A stretch of DNA of 64,000 bases from contig JAOUNI010000001.1 in the NCBI GenBank assembly GCA_029881035.1, positions 95,504-159,503 of the forward strand, given 5' to 3'. Below the pieces are notes generated by a model. It made no database searches. It was given only the letters and a program-made list of their open reading frames with translations, and was not told the DNA's origin. The stretch is from Gammaproteobacteria bacterium (lineage in GTDB: Bacteria > Pseudomonadota > Gammaproteobacteria > SZUA-229). Every line of letters starts with the position of its first letter. The first letter of the stretch is position 1. The translations under genes and the position numbers were made by a program. This document shows, in pieces, positions 51,945-61,756 of this stretch.

Positions 51945-53075
51945 ATGATTAAAAAAATATTACATTTGCTGGTTGTGAGTGCTCTTTGTTTTTTTGCAGT
52001 TAATTCGGCACCTTCGTATGCATCACTTAAAATTGGTGGTCAGGAAGTCAATTTCGAGCAGGTAGCAGTGATGGTTTATGCTAAAACACCTGACGCAAAG
52101 GCGATGAAGCGCACCGCACAAACGCGTATCGAAAGCATTCTACTAGATAACGGTATTACTGTGCTTGACCAGGACAAGGCTGATGATCTAAAAAATATCT
52201 GGAAGCGTCTGGAAGATCCGAGTTACTTTGTTACAGCAGAAGATTTTGTAGAAAATGCCGAGAAATATGAAATTGATGGTTTGATTCGTTTGTACCTGAA
52301 TGCAGATGCAACCTCGGCTCTGGCGAATTTTTATACGGCGACCGCACAGGCAGATATTCGTTTTGTCGATAAAGATGCTAACGTAGAAGCATATACAACT
52401 GTTTCTATGGGTGTGCCCGGTGTGCCACCTTCAGATGGTTTAACACGCAATGCTGCGTTGTTGAATGCAATTCAACGTGCGGTGGATGAGGCGGCGAGCA
52501 AAACAGGTCTGGAAATTATCGATTATGCTAAGCCGCGTACTTTGACTTATGAATTACAGGGGCCAACAGATGTGATGCATAAGGTTGTAGCTGTAAAAAA
52601 AGAAATACATGACTTTAGTCAGTATGCTTCATTGGCAAATAAAACCTGGACCAATGAGGAGGTGTCGACGACCTGTAAAGCGCCTTCAGGTGAGCTGGGC
52701 GCAGTTGCCGGTTACGTTCGTGAAACTAGTGCGGGTATGCGTAGAAGTTATAGTTCACTGGTTCATCTAGTTGATATTGGTGATAAGAAAGAGACGGGTA
52801 TTTTTGATAGTACAACGAAGAAAAAGAAAGGAAAAACGGGTTCGGTAAAAGTACTTGATTGTATGTTTTTGACTAGCTGGCGTTATTTAGCCGCAGTAAC
52901 AGGATTAGAGTTATTTTTGTGGGACACTGAACGTGGCTTGTTAATGTCTTCAATTAGATTAGATAATGGAACTGAGCAAGCAAATCTGGGTTATACAAAA
53001 TATAATAATAAAGATTATTTATCAGTAGATACTGGACAAGGTGTAGTGAGTTATGAAATTGTGCGTAAGAAGTAA
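51945..53075 (+). CDS. Exported hypothetical protein, possibly CsgG/TolB-N/FlgT-M-like N-domain plus beta-rich C-domain
   Basis: Signal peptide; VAVMV...IESILLDNGITVLD...AEKYEIDGLI...ADIRFVD alpha/beta pattern; WD-like LFLWD in the C-domain; starts 2 bp after the previous gene. Confidence 0.5.
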   Translation: MIKKILHLLVVSALCFFAVNSAPSYASLKIGGQEVNFEQVAVMVYAKTPDAKAMKRTAQTRIESILLDNGITVLDQDKADDLKNIWKRLEDPSYFVTAEDFVENAEKYEIDGLIRLYLNADATSALANFYTATAQADIRFVDKDANVEAYTTVSMGVPGVPPSDGLTRNAALLNAIQRAVDEAASKTGLEIIDYAKPRTLTYELQGPTDVMHKVVAVKKEIHDFSQYASLANKTWTNEEVSTTCKAPSGELGAVAGYVRETSAGMRRSYSSLVHLVDIGDKKETGIFDSTTKKKKGKTGSVKVLDCMFLTSWRYLAAVTGLELFLWDTERGLLMSSIRLDNGTEQANLGYTKYNNKDYLSVDTGQGVVSYEIVRKK

Positions 53076-53079
53076 TTTA

Positions 53080-53140
53080 ATAATAAGAGCGCAATAAAAA
53101 AGCCCGATATTATCGGGCTTTTTTATTGCGCTCTTATTAT
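53080..53140. terminator. Perfect 30-bp inverted repeat with 1-nt centre; bidirectional terminator
   Basis: ataataagagcgcaataaaaaagcccgata-t-tatcgggcttttttattgcgctcttattat between convergent genes. Confidence 0.85.
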
Positions 53141-53143
53141 GAA

Positions 53144-53641
53144 TCAATCAAGGAAGATAGTTAAACCAACAGAAGCGACTGTAGCATCATAACTATCTGA
53201 GCTTATGACCTGTAATTGGTAGTTAATGGCAATCTCTTCAGCCAGAAATTGTTTGAATCCTACTTGAGCGTTTAGAGATAGCTCTGTTTCACTAAAGCCA
53301 AAAGTTGGGTCACTATCTTTAATATTAAGAATCTGACCACCAGCACCAATATAGGGTATGAAATCGGGGTTATTACCAGGCAGATACAGGTTGGCATTTG
53401 CGCCTAAGCCTGTGATGGTCAAAGTGCCAGCATCGATAAGTAAGACTACGCCCTGAAGTTCAAGAGTTTCTGTTGTGAATAGACCACCAGAAGCCATGAC
53501 CATCAGCATATCCTCGCCATCAGATGACATAAGCTGTGCATTAATGCTGAAGGTCTTATCATTTTTTTCGATTCCCGCTTGTGCAGAGAACGATATTAAG
53601 CTGAAGATGAAAAGGAATAAAGGGGTAATAGTTTTACGCAT
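53144..53641 (-). CDS. Small outer-membrane beta-barrel protein (probably 8-stranded)
   Basis: Signal peptide ending AQA, alternating hydrophobic strands, PYIGAG motif, C-terminal VGLTIFLD. Confidence 0.75.
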   Translation of the reverse strand: MRKTITPLFLFIFSLISFSAQAGIEKNDKTFSINAQLMSSDGEDMLMVMASGGLFTTETLELQGVVLLIDAGTLTITGLGANANLYLPGNNPDFIPYIGAGGQILNIKDSDPTFGFSETELSLNAQVGFKQFLAEEIAINYQLQVISSDSYDATVASVGLTIFLD

Positions 53642-53733
53642 TATGCGAGGCTCCTGATTATTGTGAATTATGATGTGGCTTTATACATGTAAAAACCAGC
53701 GCATAGAATAATCGAGAGAGGGATGTAAAACAA

Positions 53734-53771
53734 CACTTACAAAGTAAAGGTCAAGCTTTACTTTGTAAGTG
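53734..53771 (-). terminator. 16-bp perfect inverted repeat downstream of rpoH
   Basis: cacttacaaagtaaag-gtcaag-ctttactttgtaagtg, 17 bp after the rpoH stop; U-tract is weak. Confidence 0.6.
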
Positions 53772-53788
53772 AATTTAAATCTGGATGA

Positions 53789-54646
53789 TCAAGCGGTTAA
53801 TGCAACGCGTAACTTTTTGATTGCATTCTGCTCGATTTGGCGAATGCGTTCGGCAGATACCTGATGCTCATCGGCCAGTTCGTGTAGTGTTGCTTTGTTT
53901 TCATCCAGCCAGCGGCGCTGGATAATATTACGACTGCGGTCGTCCAGCTGATGTAATGAAGCAGTCATAAGCTCCAGGTGCTGAGACTGACTATCGTCGG
54001 CTTCCAGTTGACGCGCCGGATCTGCATGCTGGTCAGTCAGATAAGCGGAAGGTGAAAAAGCATGTTCATCGTCCTCATCATCAGGTGCATCGAAGGCGAC
54101 GTCATAATTACTCAGTCGGGACTCCATTTCCAGCACGGTTTCAGGTTTGACTCCGAGGGTATCGGCGACATCCTGAACTTCTTCGTGATTAAACCAGCCC
54201 AGACGAGTTTTACTGCTGCGCAATTTGAAAAATAGTTTACGTTGCGATTTGGTGGTCGCGATCTTCACGATCTTCCAGTTACGAATGACAAACTCATGGA
54301 TTTCGGCCTTGATCCAGTGCACAGCATAGGAAATCAGGCGGACATTATGCTCGGGTGAAAAGTGTTTCACGGCTTTCATCAGGCCAATATTACCTTCCTG
54401 AATCAGGTCATTGAGTTGCAGACCGTAGCCCATGTAACCCCGGGCAATTTTGACTACAAAACGCAGGTTGGACATAACCAGTTGCTGAGCGGCATCTACG
54501 CTACCATGTTCCTGAAGTTCGGTAGCCAGTGCGCGCTCTTCATCAGCATCCAGTAGGGTAAAGCTATTCACCTGCTGAATATAGGCGCTCAGATTGCTAA
54601 CACTAACCGGATATCGGTGGGAAGCTGGAATCAGGGCTGTGTTCAT
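53789..54646 (-). CDS. rpoH: RNA polymerase sigma-32
   Basis: DLIQEGNIGLMKAV, YAVHWIKAEIHE, RpoH box QRKLFFKLR, VSAERIRQIE; follows ftsX. Confidence 0.97.
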   Translation of the reverse strand: MNTALIPASHRYPVSVSNLSAYIQQVNSFTLLDADEERALATELQEHGSVDAAQQLVMSNLRFVVKIARGYMGYGLQLNDLIQEGNIGLMKAVKHFSPEHNVRLISYAVHWIKAEIHEFVIRNWKIVKIATTKSQRKLFFKLRSSKTRLGWFNHEEVQDVADTLGVKPETVLEMESRLSNYDVAFDAPDDEDDEHAFSPSAYLTDQHADPARQLEADDSQSQHLELMTASLHQLDDRSRNIIQRRWLDENKATLHELADEHQVSAERIRQIEQNAIKKLRVALTA

Positions 54647-54676
54647 AAATGTGTCTCCGGAAATCTATAGCTAATA

Positions 54677-54703
54677 TTAGCACTCGAAGCGTGAGAGTGC
54701 CAA
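54677..54703. promoter_or_regulatory. CIRCE element (HrcA operator) upstream of rpoH
   Basis: TTAGCACTC-gaagcgtga-GAGTGCCAA, 17 of 18 matches to TTAGCACTC-N9-GAGTGCTAA, 30 bp before the rpoH ATG. Confidence 0.9.
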
Positions 54704-54718
54704 TATTAGCGAAAGTTC
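54692..54718 (-). promoter_or_regulatory. Putative sigma-E (RpoE/AlgU) promoter of rpoH
   Basis: Minus strand GAACTT-N16-TCTCA, compared with the GAACTT-N16-TCTGA pattern of sigma-E rpoH promoters. Confidence 0.65.
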
Positions 54719-54768
54719 CATAGAAAATAGCTATGTTTTTTTGATGGTAATCAAGAAAAAGGCTATTT

Positions 54769-55713
54769 TTAGCTGGGCTCTATTTCGTCCAGATGCCGGC
54801 CCACTGCCAACCATGAGCCAAGTAGACCCAGACTGCAGCTGATCATGATGAGGTTCATGGTATCGCCGAAACTGAGGCCGTTGAGTTGAAAATCACTGTG
54901 ATAGAGCAAGGTGAGTTTTTCGACCGGTTCTGCCAGCAGGTAAAGTGATGCTGTGGTTAACAGCCAGGCCAGCAGGCCACCGGTAAAGCCATACCAGAAA
55001 CCAGTGTACAGAAAGGGGCGGCGAATAAAGGCATTGGAAGCTCCAATCAGTTTGGAAACTTCGATTTCAGAACGACGATTTTGAATGTCCAGGCGAATGG
55101 TATTGCCGACAATGAGTAACACCGCCAGTCCTAGCAGACTGCCAATAGCCCAGATACCGCGGTGCGCAATTTCTAGCATGGCATACAGGCGTTTTACCCA
55201 TTGCATATCGAGCTGTGCAAGCTCCACCAGTTTATCGTTTTCCAGTTCTTTGAGTAGCTGGTTAATATGGTCAGGGCGTTTAGTATCAATAATAGGTTGA
55301 ACTACCAGCACGATAGGTAACGGGTTATCTTCGAGAAATTGCAGAGCACTACCAAAGCCGGAACCCTGTTTGAATTGCTCAAGCCCCTGGTCTTTTGAAA
55401 TCATACTAACGTGGTCGATTTCATTATGTAAGCGTAAACGTTCGAGTAAGGTTTGTGCCTTTTTTTCATCGACGCTGGTGTGTAGAAATAGTGAAATCTT
55501 GGTTGAACTGTCCCAGCCCGCACTTAGCCCGCTGATATTATTGAGTGCCAGATACAGTCCTGATGGTAGTGTTAGCGCTATAGCAATCACTGCCATAGTC
55601 ATCATAGTAGATAGAGGCTGGCGTGTTAAATGACCAAGACTGCTTAGTAGCACTCTAATGTGGTGAATGAGATAAGCCGTAATCAGGGTATTGTATTGAG
55701 GTCCTTTACGCAT
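54769..55713 (-). CDS. ftsX: Cell division permease FtsX
   Basis: IAIALTLP, NPLP, WVKRL, VGNTIRL, LIGASNAFIRRPFLY. Confidence 0.95.
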   Translation of the reverse strand: MRKGPQYNTLITAYLIHHIRVLLSSLGHLTRQPLSTMMTMAVIAIALTLPSGLYLALNNISGLSAGWDSSTKISLFLHTSVDEKKAQTLLERLRLHNEIDHVSMISKDQGLEQFKQGSGFGSALQFLEDNPLPIVLVVQPIIDTKRPDHINQLLKELENDKLVELAQLDMQWVKRLYAMLEIAHRGIWAIGSLLGLAVLLIVGNTIRLDIQNRRSEIEVSKLIGASNAFIRRPFLYTGFWYGFTGGLLAWLLTTASLYLLAEPVEKLTLLYHSDFQLNGLSFGDTMNLIMISCSLGLLGSWLAVGRHLDEIEPS

Positions 55714-55715
55714 GA

Positions 55716-56408
55716 TCAGGCGGCTCCGGTGATGATTTCATTGGGGCTGATTTCATCGTTAACGATTCGACCATCTTTCAGGCTGAGTGTTTGCGCACCC
55801 ATATGCTGGATCAGATCAAGATCATGGCTGGCAATCAGAACGCTGGTACCAACCTGATTAAATCGGGCAAATAACTCCATGATTTCCAGTGAGAGTTCGG
55901 GATCAAGATTACCGGTAGGCTCGTCGGCCAGAAGTAAAGATGGTTTGTGGACAATGGCCCGGGCAATACCAACGCGCTGTTGTTCACCGCCGGAAAGCGT
56001 AATCGGGTCAGATTTTTCTTTTTTGAGCAGACCCACCTGATCAAGCGCGGCACGTACACGGCTCTGAATTTCACGGTGTCGATAACCCTGAATCACTAGC
56101 GGCATGGCGACGTTATCAAAAACCGGGCGATCATAGAGCAAATGATGATTTTGAAAAATAATACCAATATTGCGGCGTACGTAGGGAACCTGACGGTTGC
56201 TGATATGGTTGAGGTTGATGCCATCGAGAATAATCTGGCCACGGCTGGGACGTTCGATGAGAGCAATTAATTTGAGTAATGTACTTTTACCTGCGCCTGA
56301 GTGGCCGGTCAGATAGCCCATTTTACCTCGGGGCAAACGGAAACTAACCTGATTAAGCGCTTCGAAGCCACCTGGGTAGCGTTTGCTGACGTTGTCGAAA
56401 TGAATCAT
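55716..56408 (-). CDS. ftsE: Cell division ATP-binding protein FtsE
   Basis: [30 protein letters not shown]. Confidence 0.96.
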   Translation of the reverse strand: MIHFDNVSKRYPGGFEALNQVSFRLPRGKMGYLTGHSGAGKSTLLKLIALIERPSRGQIILDGINLNHISNRQVPYVRRNIGIIFQNHHLLYDRPVFDNVAMPLVIQGYRHREIQSRVRAALDQVGLLKKEKSDPITLSGGEQQRVGIARAIVHKPSLLLADEPTGNLDPELSLEIMELFARFNQVGTSVLIASHDLDLIQHMGAQTLSLKDGRIVNDEISPNEIITGAA

Positions 56409-56437
56409 ACGTGCAGTGTCTCGGTTTTATAATGCCG

Positions 56438-57487
56438 TTATTCGAGTATGGCTTTAACAAATTCTTCGGCATGGAAGGGGCGTAAATCTTCAATGCCTTC
56501 GCCCACGCCGATAAATCGAATCGGCAGTTTAAGCTTACTGGCGATGGCAAACAGAATACCACCTTTTGCTGTGCCATCAAGTTTAGTGATAGCTAGCCCG
56601 CTGAGCGCCATGGCATCATGAAACTGCTGAGCCTGCTGTAGTCCATTCTGTCCAAAACCGGCATCCATGATGAGCAGGGTTTCGTGCGGTGCCGAGGTAT
56701 CGAGTTTGCCCATGACACGTTTGATTTTTTTCAGTTCTTCCATCAAATTGTCCTGGGTGTGCAAACGGCCGGCAGTGTCGGCAATAACAATATCAATTTT
56801 TTTTGAACTTGCTGATGCCATGGCGTCAAAGATAACGGAAGCGGGGTCAGCGCCCGTGCCCTGAGCGATCACCGGCACATTATTGCGTTTGCCCCATTCT
56901 TTGAGCTGTTCGACAGCAGCGGCGCGGAAAGTATCACCAGCGGCCAATAGTACAGATTTACCCTGCTGCTGGAAATGATGAGCCAGTTTGCCGATGCTGG
57001 TAGTTTTACCAGCGCCATTGATGCCAACTACAAGAATAACGTAGGGTTTGTGTTGAGTGTCGATAACTAGCGGTTGTTCACAGGGCTTGAGAATATTAGT
57101 CATAACATCTCTCAGGGCGATGTACAGAGCATCTACATTATTCATGGCCTTGCGTGTTAGCTGTGATTGCAGCGTATTGATAATTGTGCCGGTGGCTTCG
57201 ATACCGACATCAGCGCTGAGCAGTGTGCATTCGAGCTCATCCAGCATATGGTGGTCGAGTTCTTTTTTACCAAGAACGAAGTCGGCCATGCCATCGCCAA
57301 AGCCACGACGGGTTTTAGCCAGCTTTTCGGTCAGATCGGTGGGCTCTGTGCCTTCAATCTGTTCTGGCTCGACGGGTCTGATGGTTAATGGGTTAAAGGG
57401 TGTGTCAGCTACTTGTACAGTAGCTGATCTGGCTTCCTGTTCAACAGGGTTATCGTTAGATTTTTTGCGTTTACCGAAACCGAACAT
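56438..57487 (-). CDS. ftsY: SRP receptor FtsY (short N-terminal region)
   Basis: GINGAGKTT, DTFRAAA, DTAGRL, TKLDGTAKGG; probable start MFGFGKRK at 57487. Confidence 0.96.
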   Translation of the reverse strand: MFGFGKRKKSNDNPVEQEARSATVQVADTPFNPLTIRPVEPEQIEGTEPTDLTEKLAKTRRGFGDGMADFVLGKKELDHHMLDELECTLLSADVGIEATGTIINTLQSQLTRKAMNNVDALYIALRDVMTNILKPCEQPLVIDTQHKPYVILVVGINGAGKTTSIGKLAHHFQQQGKSVLLAAGDTFRAAAVEQLKEWGKRNNVPVIAQGTGADPASVIFDAMASASSKKIDIVIADTAGRLHTQDNLMEELKKIKRVMGKLDTSAPHETLLIMDAGFGQNGLQQAQQFHDAMALSGLAITKLDGTAKGGILFAIASKLKLPIRFIGVGEGIEDLRPFHAEEFVKAILE

Positions 57488-57587
57488 TTGTATAGAGTTT
57501 ATGTGTGGTGTATAGAAGCAGGATATCCTATCATCCAGCACTACCAAGATTAAGAGTTTTATTTTTATTAAGGATTTTATTTTCATA

Positions 57588-58994
57588 ATGCGTATTTATA
57601 TTTCACTACTAGTTTTGACCGCTTTTGTTCTGGGCGCGATCCTGTTTATTTTCAATAATGATGCTTCTTCGAAAAAAGAAGGTGAAGTTCAGGCATACGA
57701 ACTGACCAATGGCATGAAGATCAGAGTGATCGAGAATCATCGTGCGCCGGTGGTGGTGTCACAGATCTGGTACAACGTCGGCGGTAGTTTTGAGCACAAC
57801 GGTATTACCGGTGTTTCCCATGTGCTGGAACACATGATGTTTAAGGGCACCCCAGATTATCCGGCAGGTAAATTCTCAGAAATTGTGGCGGCCAATGGTG
57901 GTAAGGAAAATGCCTTTACCAGCAAAGATTACACGGCTTATTTTCAGCAGATTGCCAGCGATAAGCTGGAACTTTGTCTGCGCATGGAAGCTGATCGTAT
58001 GCGCAATCTGACTCTGGATGAAGCAGAATTTCTTAAGGAACTTGAAGTGGTGAAAGAGGAGCGCCGTTTGCGTACCGATGATAGTCCGATTGCACTATTA
58101 TCTGAACGTTTTAATGCCATGGCCTACACCAACAGCCCATATCGGCAGCCTATTATCGGCTGGATGGAGGACCTGGATAGCATGACTATTGGTGATTTAC
58201 GTCGTTGGTATAAGACCTGGTATGCACCAAATAATGCGACTTTAGTAGTGGTGGGTGATGTTGAGGCCGATGAAGTTTTTAAACTGGCCAAAGAGTATTT
58301 TAGTCCTCTGGCTATCGTTGATCTGCCCGTGCTCAAGCCACGACATGAAGCTGAACAGTACGGGGTGCAGCGCATGATCATGCAACTGCCCGCTGAGGTG
58401 CCAACACTATTAATGGGTTATAAAGTGCCTGTCCTGATAACAGCAGCAGATCCGGGGGAGGCGTACGCACTGGAAGTTCTGGCCGGTTTACTGGATGGTG
58501 GTGACAGTGCCCGTTTGACGCGCAATCTGGTGCGCGGTGAGCAACTGGCGACCAGCGCCAGTGCCGGTTACAGTCTGTATGGCCGACACGAAGACTTATT
58601 AACATTTTCAGTAATACCCTCTGATGGTGTGAGTATGGATCAGCTGGAAGCGGCGATTAAAAAAGAAATTGAGACTATTAAAGAGGTGCCGCCCGAACAG
58701 AAAGAGATGGATCGAGTTATTGCTCAGGTGCTGGCTTCATCGGTATATGAGCAGGATTCGAGTTTTTATCGGGCTATGCAGATTGGCATACTGGAAACAC
58801 TGGGGTTGGGCTGGCGTGCCAAGGATGAGTACATCGAAAAAATCAAAGCAGTGACTCCTGAGCAGGTGCAGCAGGTGGCGAGAAAATATCTGATCGATAA
58901 ACGCCTGTCGGTCGCTGTGCTCGATCCCATGACCATGGAACAGAAAGCCGTCAATACCAGCAGTGCGTCAGCAGGAGGTTATCATGTTAACTAA
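57588..58994 (+). CDS. M16 family zinc peptidase, catalytic subunit
   Basis: HXXEH motif (SHVLEHMMFKG), NAFTS, EERR, YAPNNA. Confidence 0.92.
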   Translation: MRIYISLLVLTAFVLGAILFIFNNDASSKKEGEVQAYELTNGMKIRVIENHRAPVVVSQIWYNVGGSFEHNGITGVSHVLEHMMFKGTPDYPAGKFSEIVAANGGKENAFTSKDYTAYFQQIASDKLELCLRMEADRMRNLTLDEAEFLKELEVVKEERRLRTDDSPIALLSERFNAMAYTNSPYRQPIIGWMEDLDSMTIGDLRRWYKTWYAPNNATLVVVGDVEADEVFKLAKEYFSPLAIVDLPVLKPRHEAEQYGVQRMIMQLPAEVPTLLMGYKVPVLITAADPGEAYALEVLAGLLDGGDSARLTRNLVRGEQLATSASAGYSLYGRHEDLLTFSVIPSDGVSMDQLEAAIKKEIETIKEVPPEQKEMDRVIAQVLASSVYEQDSSFYRAMQIGILETLGLGWRAKDEYIEKIKAVTPEQVQQVARKYLIDKRLSVAVLDPMTMEQKAVNTSSASAGGYHVN

Positions 58995-60357
58995 ATTTTC
59001 ATTAATGATGGTTAGCCTGTGGCTGAGTCTGGTCTCGATTCAGGCGCACGCCATGCCGGATATTCAGAGCTGGCAATCGGATAATGGTGCAAAGGTGATG
59101 TATGTGCATGTCAATGGCCTGCCTATGGTCGATGTGCGTGTGGTATTTGATGCTGGCAGTGCGCGTGATGACGGCCTCAGTGGTCTGGCCGCTCTAACCA
59201 ATGGTCTGCTGGCTGAAGGTGCGGGCGGTCAAACGGCACAGGTGCTGGCTGAGCAGTTTGAATCGGTGGGCGCACAACTTGAAAATGATTCGCTACGCGA
59301 TATGGCTATTGTTGGCGTACGCAGTCTGACCGATAAAGCCTATCTTGATACGGCTTTGAGCGCATTATCGACGGTATTGAGTCAGCCTGATTTTAATCAG
59401 AGTGAATTTGAACGTGAGCTGGCCAGAATGAAAGTGGCGGTGACGGCAAGAAAACAGTCGCCTTCCGATATTGCTGACGAGGCTTTTTATAAAGCCATTT
59501 ATGGTGATCATCCTTATGCGGTACCTTCAGGCGGGACTGAAGAGTCAGTAGAAAGATTAAATCTAGATGCGATTAAGGCTTTTTACAAAAAATATTATGT
59601 CGCTAGAAATGCTTTGATTGTGATGGTGGGCGCGATAGATCGTCCACAGGCTGAAATGATTGCTAATAATCTGTCGAAGGGACTGGCTGCCGGTGAGAAA
59701 GCAGTATCTCTTCCAGAAGTAAAGCCACTAACAGAGAGCAAGGTGATTCGTATTCAATATCCTTCCAAACAGGCGCATATTTTTATGGGCCAGCCCGGAA
59801 TGAAACGTGGTGATAAGGATTATTTCAGTCTGTACATGGCTAACCATCCTTTTGGTGGTAGTGGTTTCGCTTCACGCCTGGTGAAAACGATTCGTGAAGA
59901 TCGTGGTTTGGCGTATAGCGTCTATAGTTACTTTTCACCCATGCGCGAGGCCGGACCTTTTATGATGGGCATGCAGACGCGTGCTGACCAGACTGATCAG
60001 GCGGTGGCTTTGTTACAGGCGGAGCTGGAAAAATATCTCGCAGAGGGTCCTGCCGAGGATGAGCTGGACGACAGTATTAGTAATGTCGTCGGAAGTTTTC
60101 CGTTGAATCTGGACGGCAATGGCAAGCTGATGGGGTATCTGGCAATGATCGGTTTTTATAATCTGCCGGATGATTACCTGCAGGATTTTGTTAAAAATAT
60201 TGAATCAGTGAGCCCTGCTGGTGCTAAAAATGCAATGGCACGCAGAATCAAAGTCGATAAACTGGTGACCGTGATTGTTGGTGATATTGAGGCGGCTACA
60301 GCCGCCGTCGATCAGGTTGCTGGCGAGGATAAAAAGGTCGAGACGCCTCAGGAATGA
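58984..60357 (+). CDS. M16 family peptidase, non-catalytic partner subunit
   Basis: Signal peptide, FDAGSARD, no HXXEH, SRL...IREDRGLAYSVYS; likely start ATG 58984. Confidence 0.9.
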   Translation: MLTKFSLMMVSLWLSLVSIQAHAMPDIQSWQSDNGAKVMYVHVNGLPMVDVRVVFDAGSARDDGLSGLAALTNGLLAEGAGGQTAQVLAEQFESVGAQLENDSLRDMAIVGVRSLTDKAYLDTALSALSTVLSQPDFNQSEFERELARMKVAVTARKQSPSDIADEAFYKAIYGDHPYAVPSGGTEESVERLNLDAIKAFYKKYYVARNALIVMVGAIDRPQAEMIANNLSKGLAAGEKAVSLPEVKPLTESKVIRIQYPSKQAHIFMGQPGMKRGDKDYFSLYMANHPFGGSGFASRLVKTIREDRGLAYSVYSYFSPMREAGPFMMGMQTRADQTDQAVALLQAELEKYLAEGPAEDELDDSISNVVGSFPLNLDGNGKLMGYLAMIGFYNLPDDYLQDFVKNIESVSPAGAKNAMARRIKVDKLVTVIVGDIEAATAAVDQVAGEDKKVETPQE

Positions 60358-60941
60358 GCAAGTCGGAGCGCGGCCAGTTAAGAATCATTGCGGGTTCATG
60401 GCGTGGTCGAAAATTAAGTTTCCTCGACCGCGAAGGACTCAGGCCGACCACCGATAGAGTAAGAGAAACCCTGTTTAACTGGTTACAGATGGATTTGCCA
60501 GGTAGTCGCTGCCTGGATTTATTCGCGGGCAGTGGTGCGCTGGGTTTTGAAGCCGCTTCGCGTGGTGCGGCGAAAGTCGTGATGGTCGATAGTGATAGCG
60601 AAACCGTCAGTATGTTGCGTAGCAATATTGATTTATTATCCGCGTCACAAACCGAAGTTATTTGTAATGATGCGGTAAAATTTTTAAAAAATTATGAGCA
60701 GTGTGATAACCGGATATTTGATATTGTCTTTATCGATCCGCCCTATCGAATGGATGTGATTGCCCAGTGTTGTGAATGGCTGGAGAGCAGGCAATGTTTG
60801 TCAGATCATGCGAAAATATACGTTGAATGCGATGCCAGCAGAGATTTAAGTAATAATTCAAATGCATTGCCTGCCAACTGGCGGTGTTTAAAACATAAAA
60901 AGACGGGGCAGGTGGGTTATCATCTCTTTACACGAGACTGA
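60354..60941 (+). CDS. rsmD: 16S rRNA m2G966 methyltransferase
   Basis: LRIIAG, LRPTTDRVRETLFNWL, LDLFAGSGALG, DPPY. Confidence 0.96.
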   Translation: MSKSERGQLRIIAGSWRGRKLSFLDREGLRPTTDRVRETLFNWLQMDLPGSRCLDLFAGSGALGFEAASRGAAKVVMVDSDSETVSMLRSNIDLLSASQTEVICNDAVKFLKNYEQCDNRIFDIVFIDPPYRMDVIAQCCEWLESRQCLSDHAKIYVECDASRDLSNNSNALPANWRCLKHKKTGQVGYHLFTRD

Positions 60942-60962
60942 TTCCATAATATTAAAAAATGA

Positions 60963-61469
<507 letters not shown>

Positions 61470-61473
61470 ATAA

Positions 61474-61743
<270 letters not shown>

Positions 61744-61756
61744 GTTTTAAGCGTAG

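Noticed and set aside
57588-60357. M16 pair with one inactive subunit as a novel system
   Set aside because: Active/inactive M16B pairs between ftsY and rsmD are a known, conserved arrangement.
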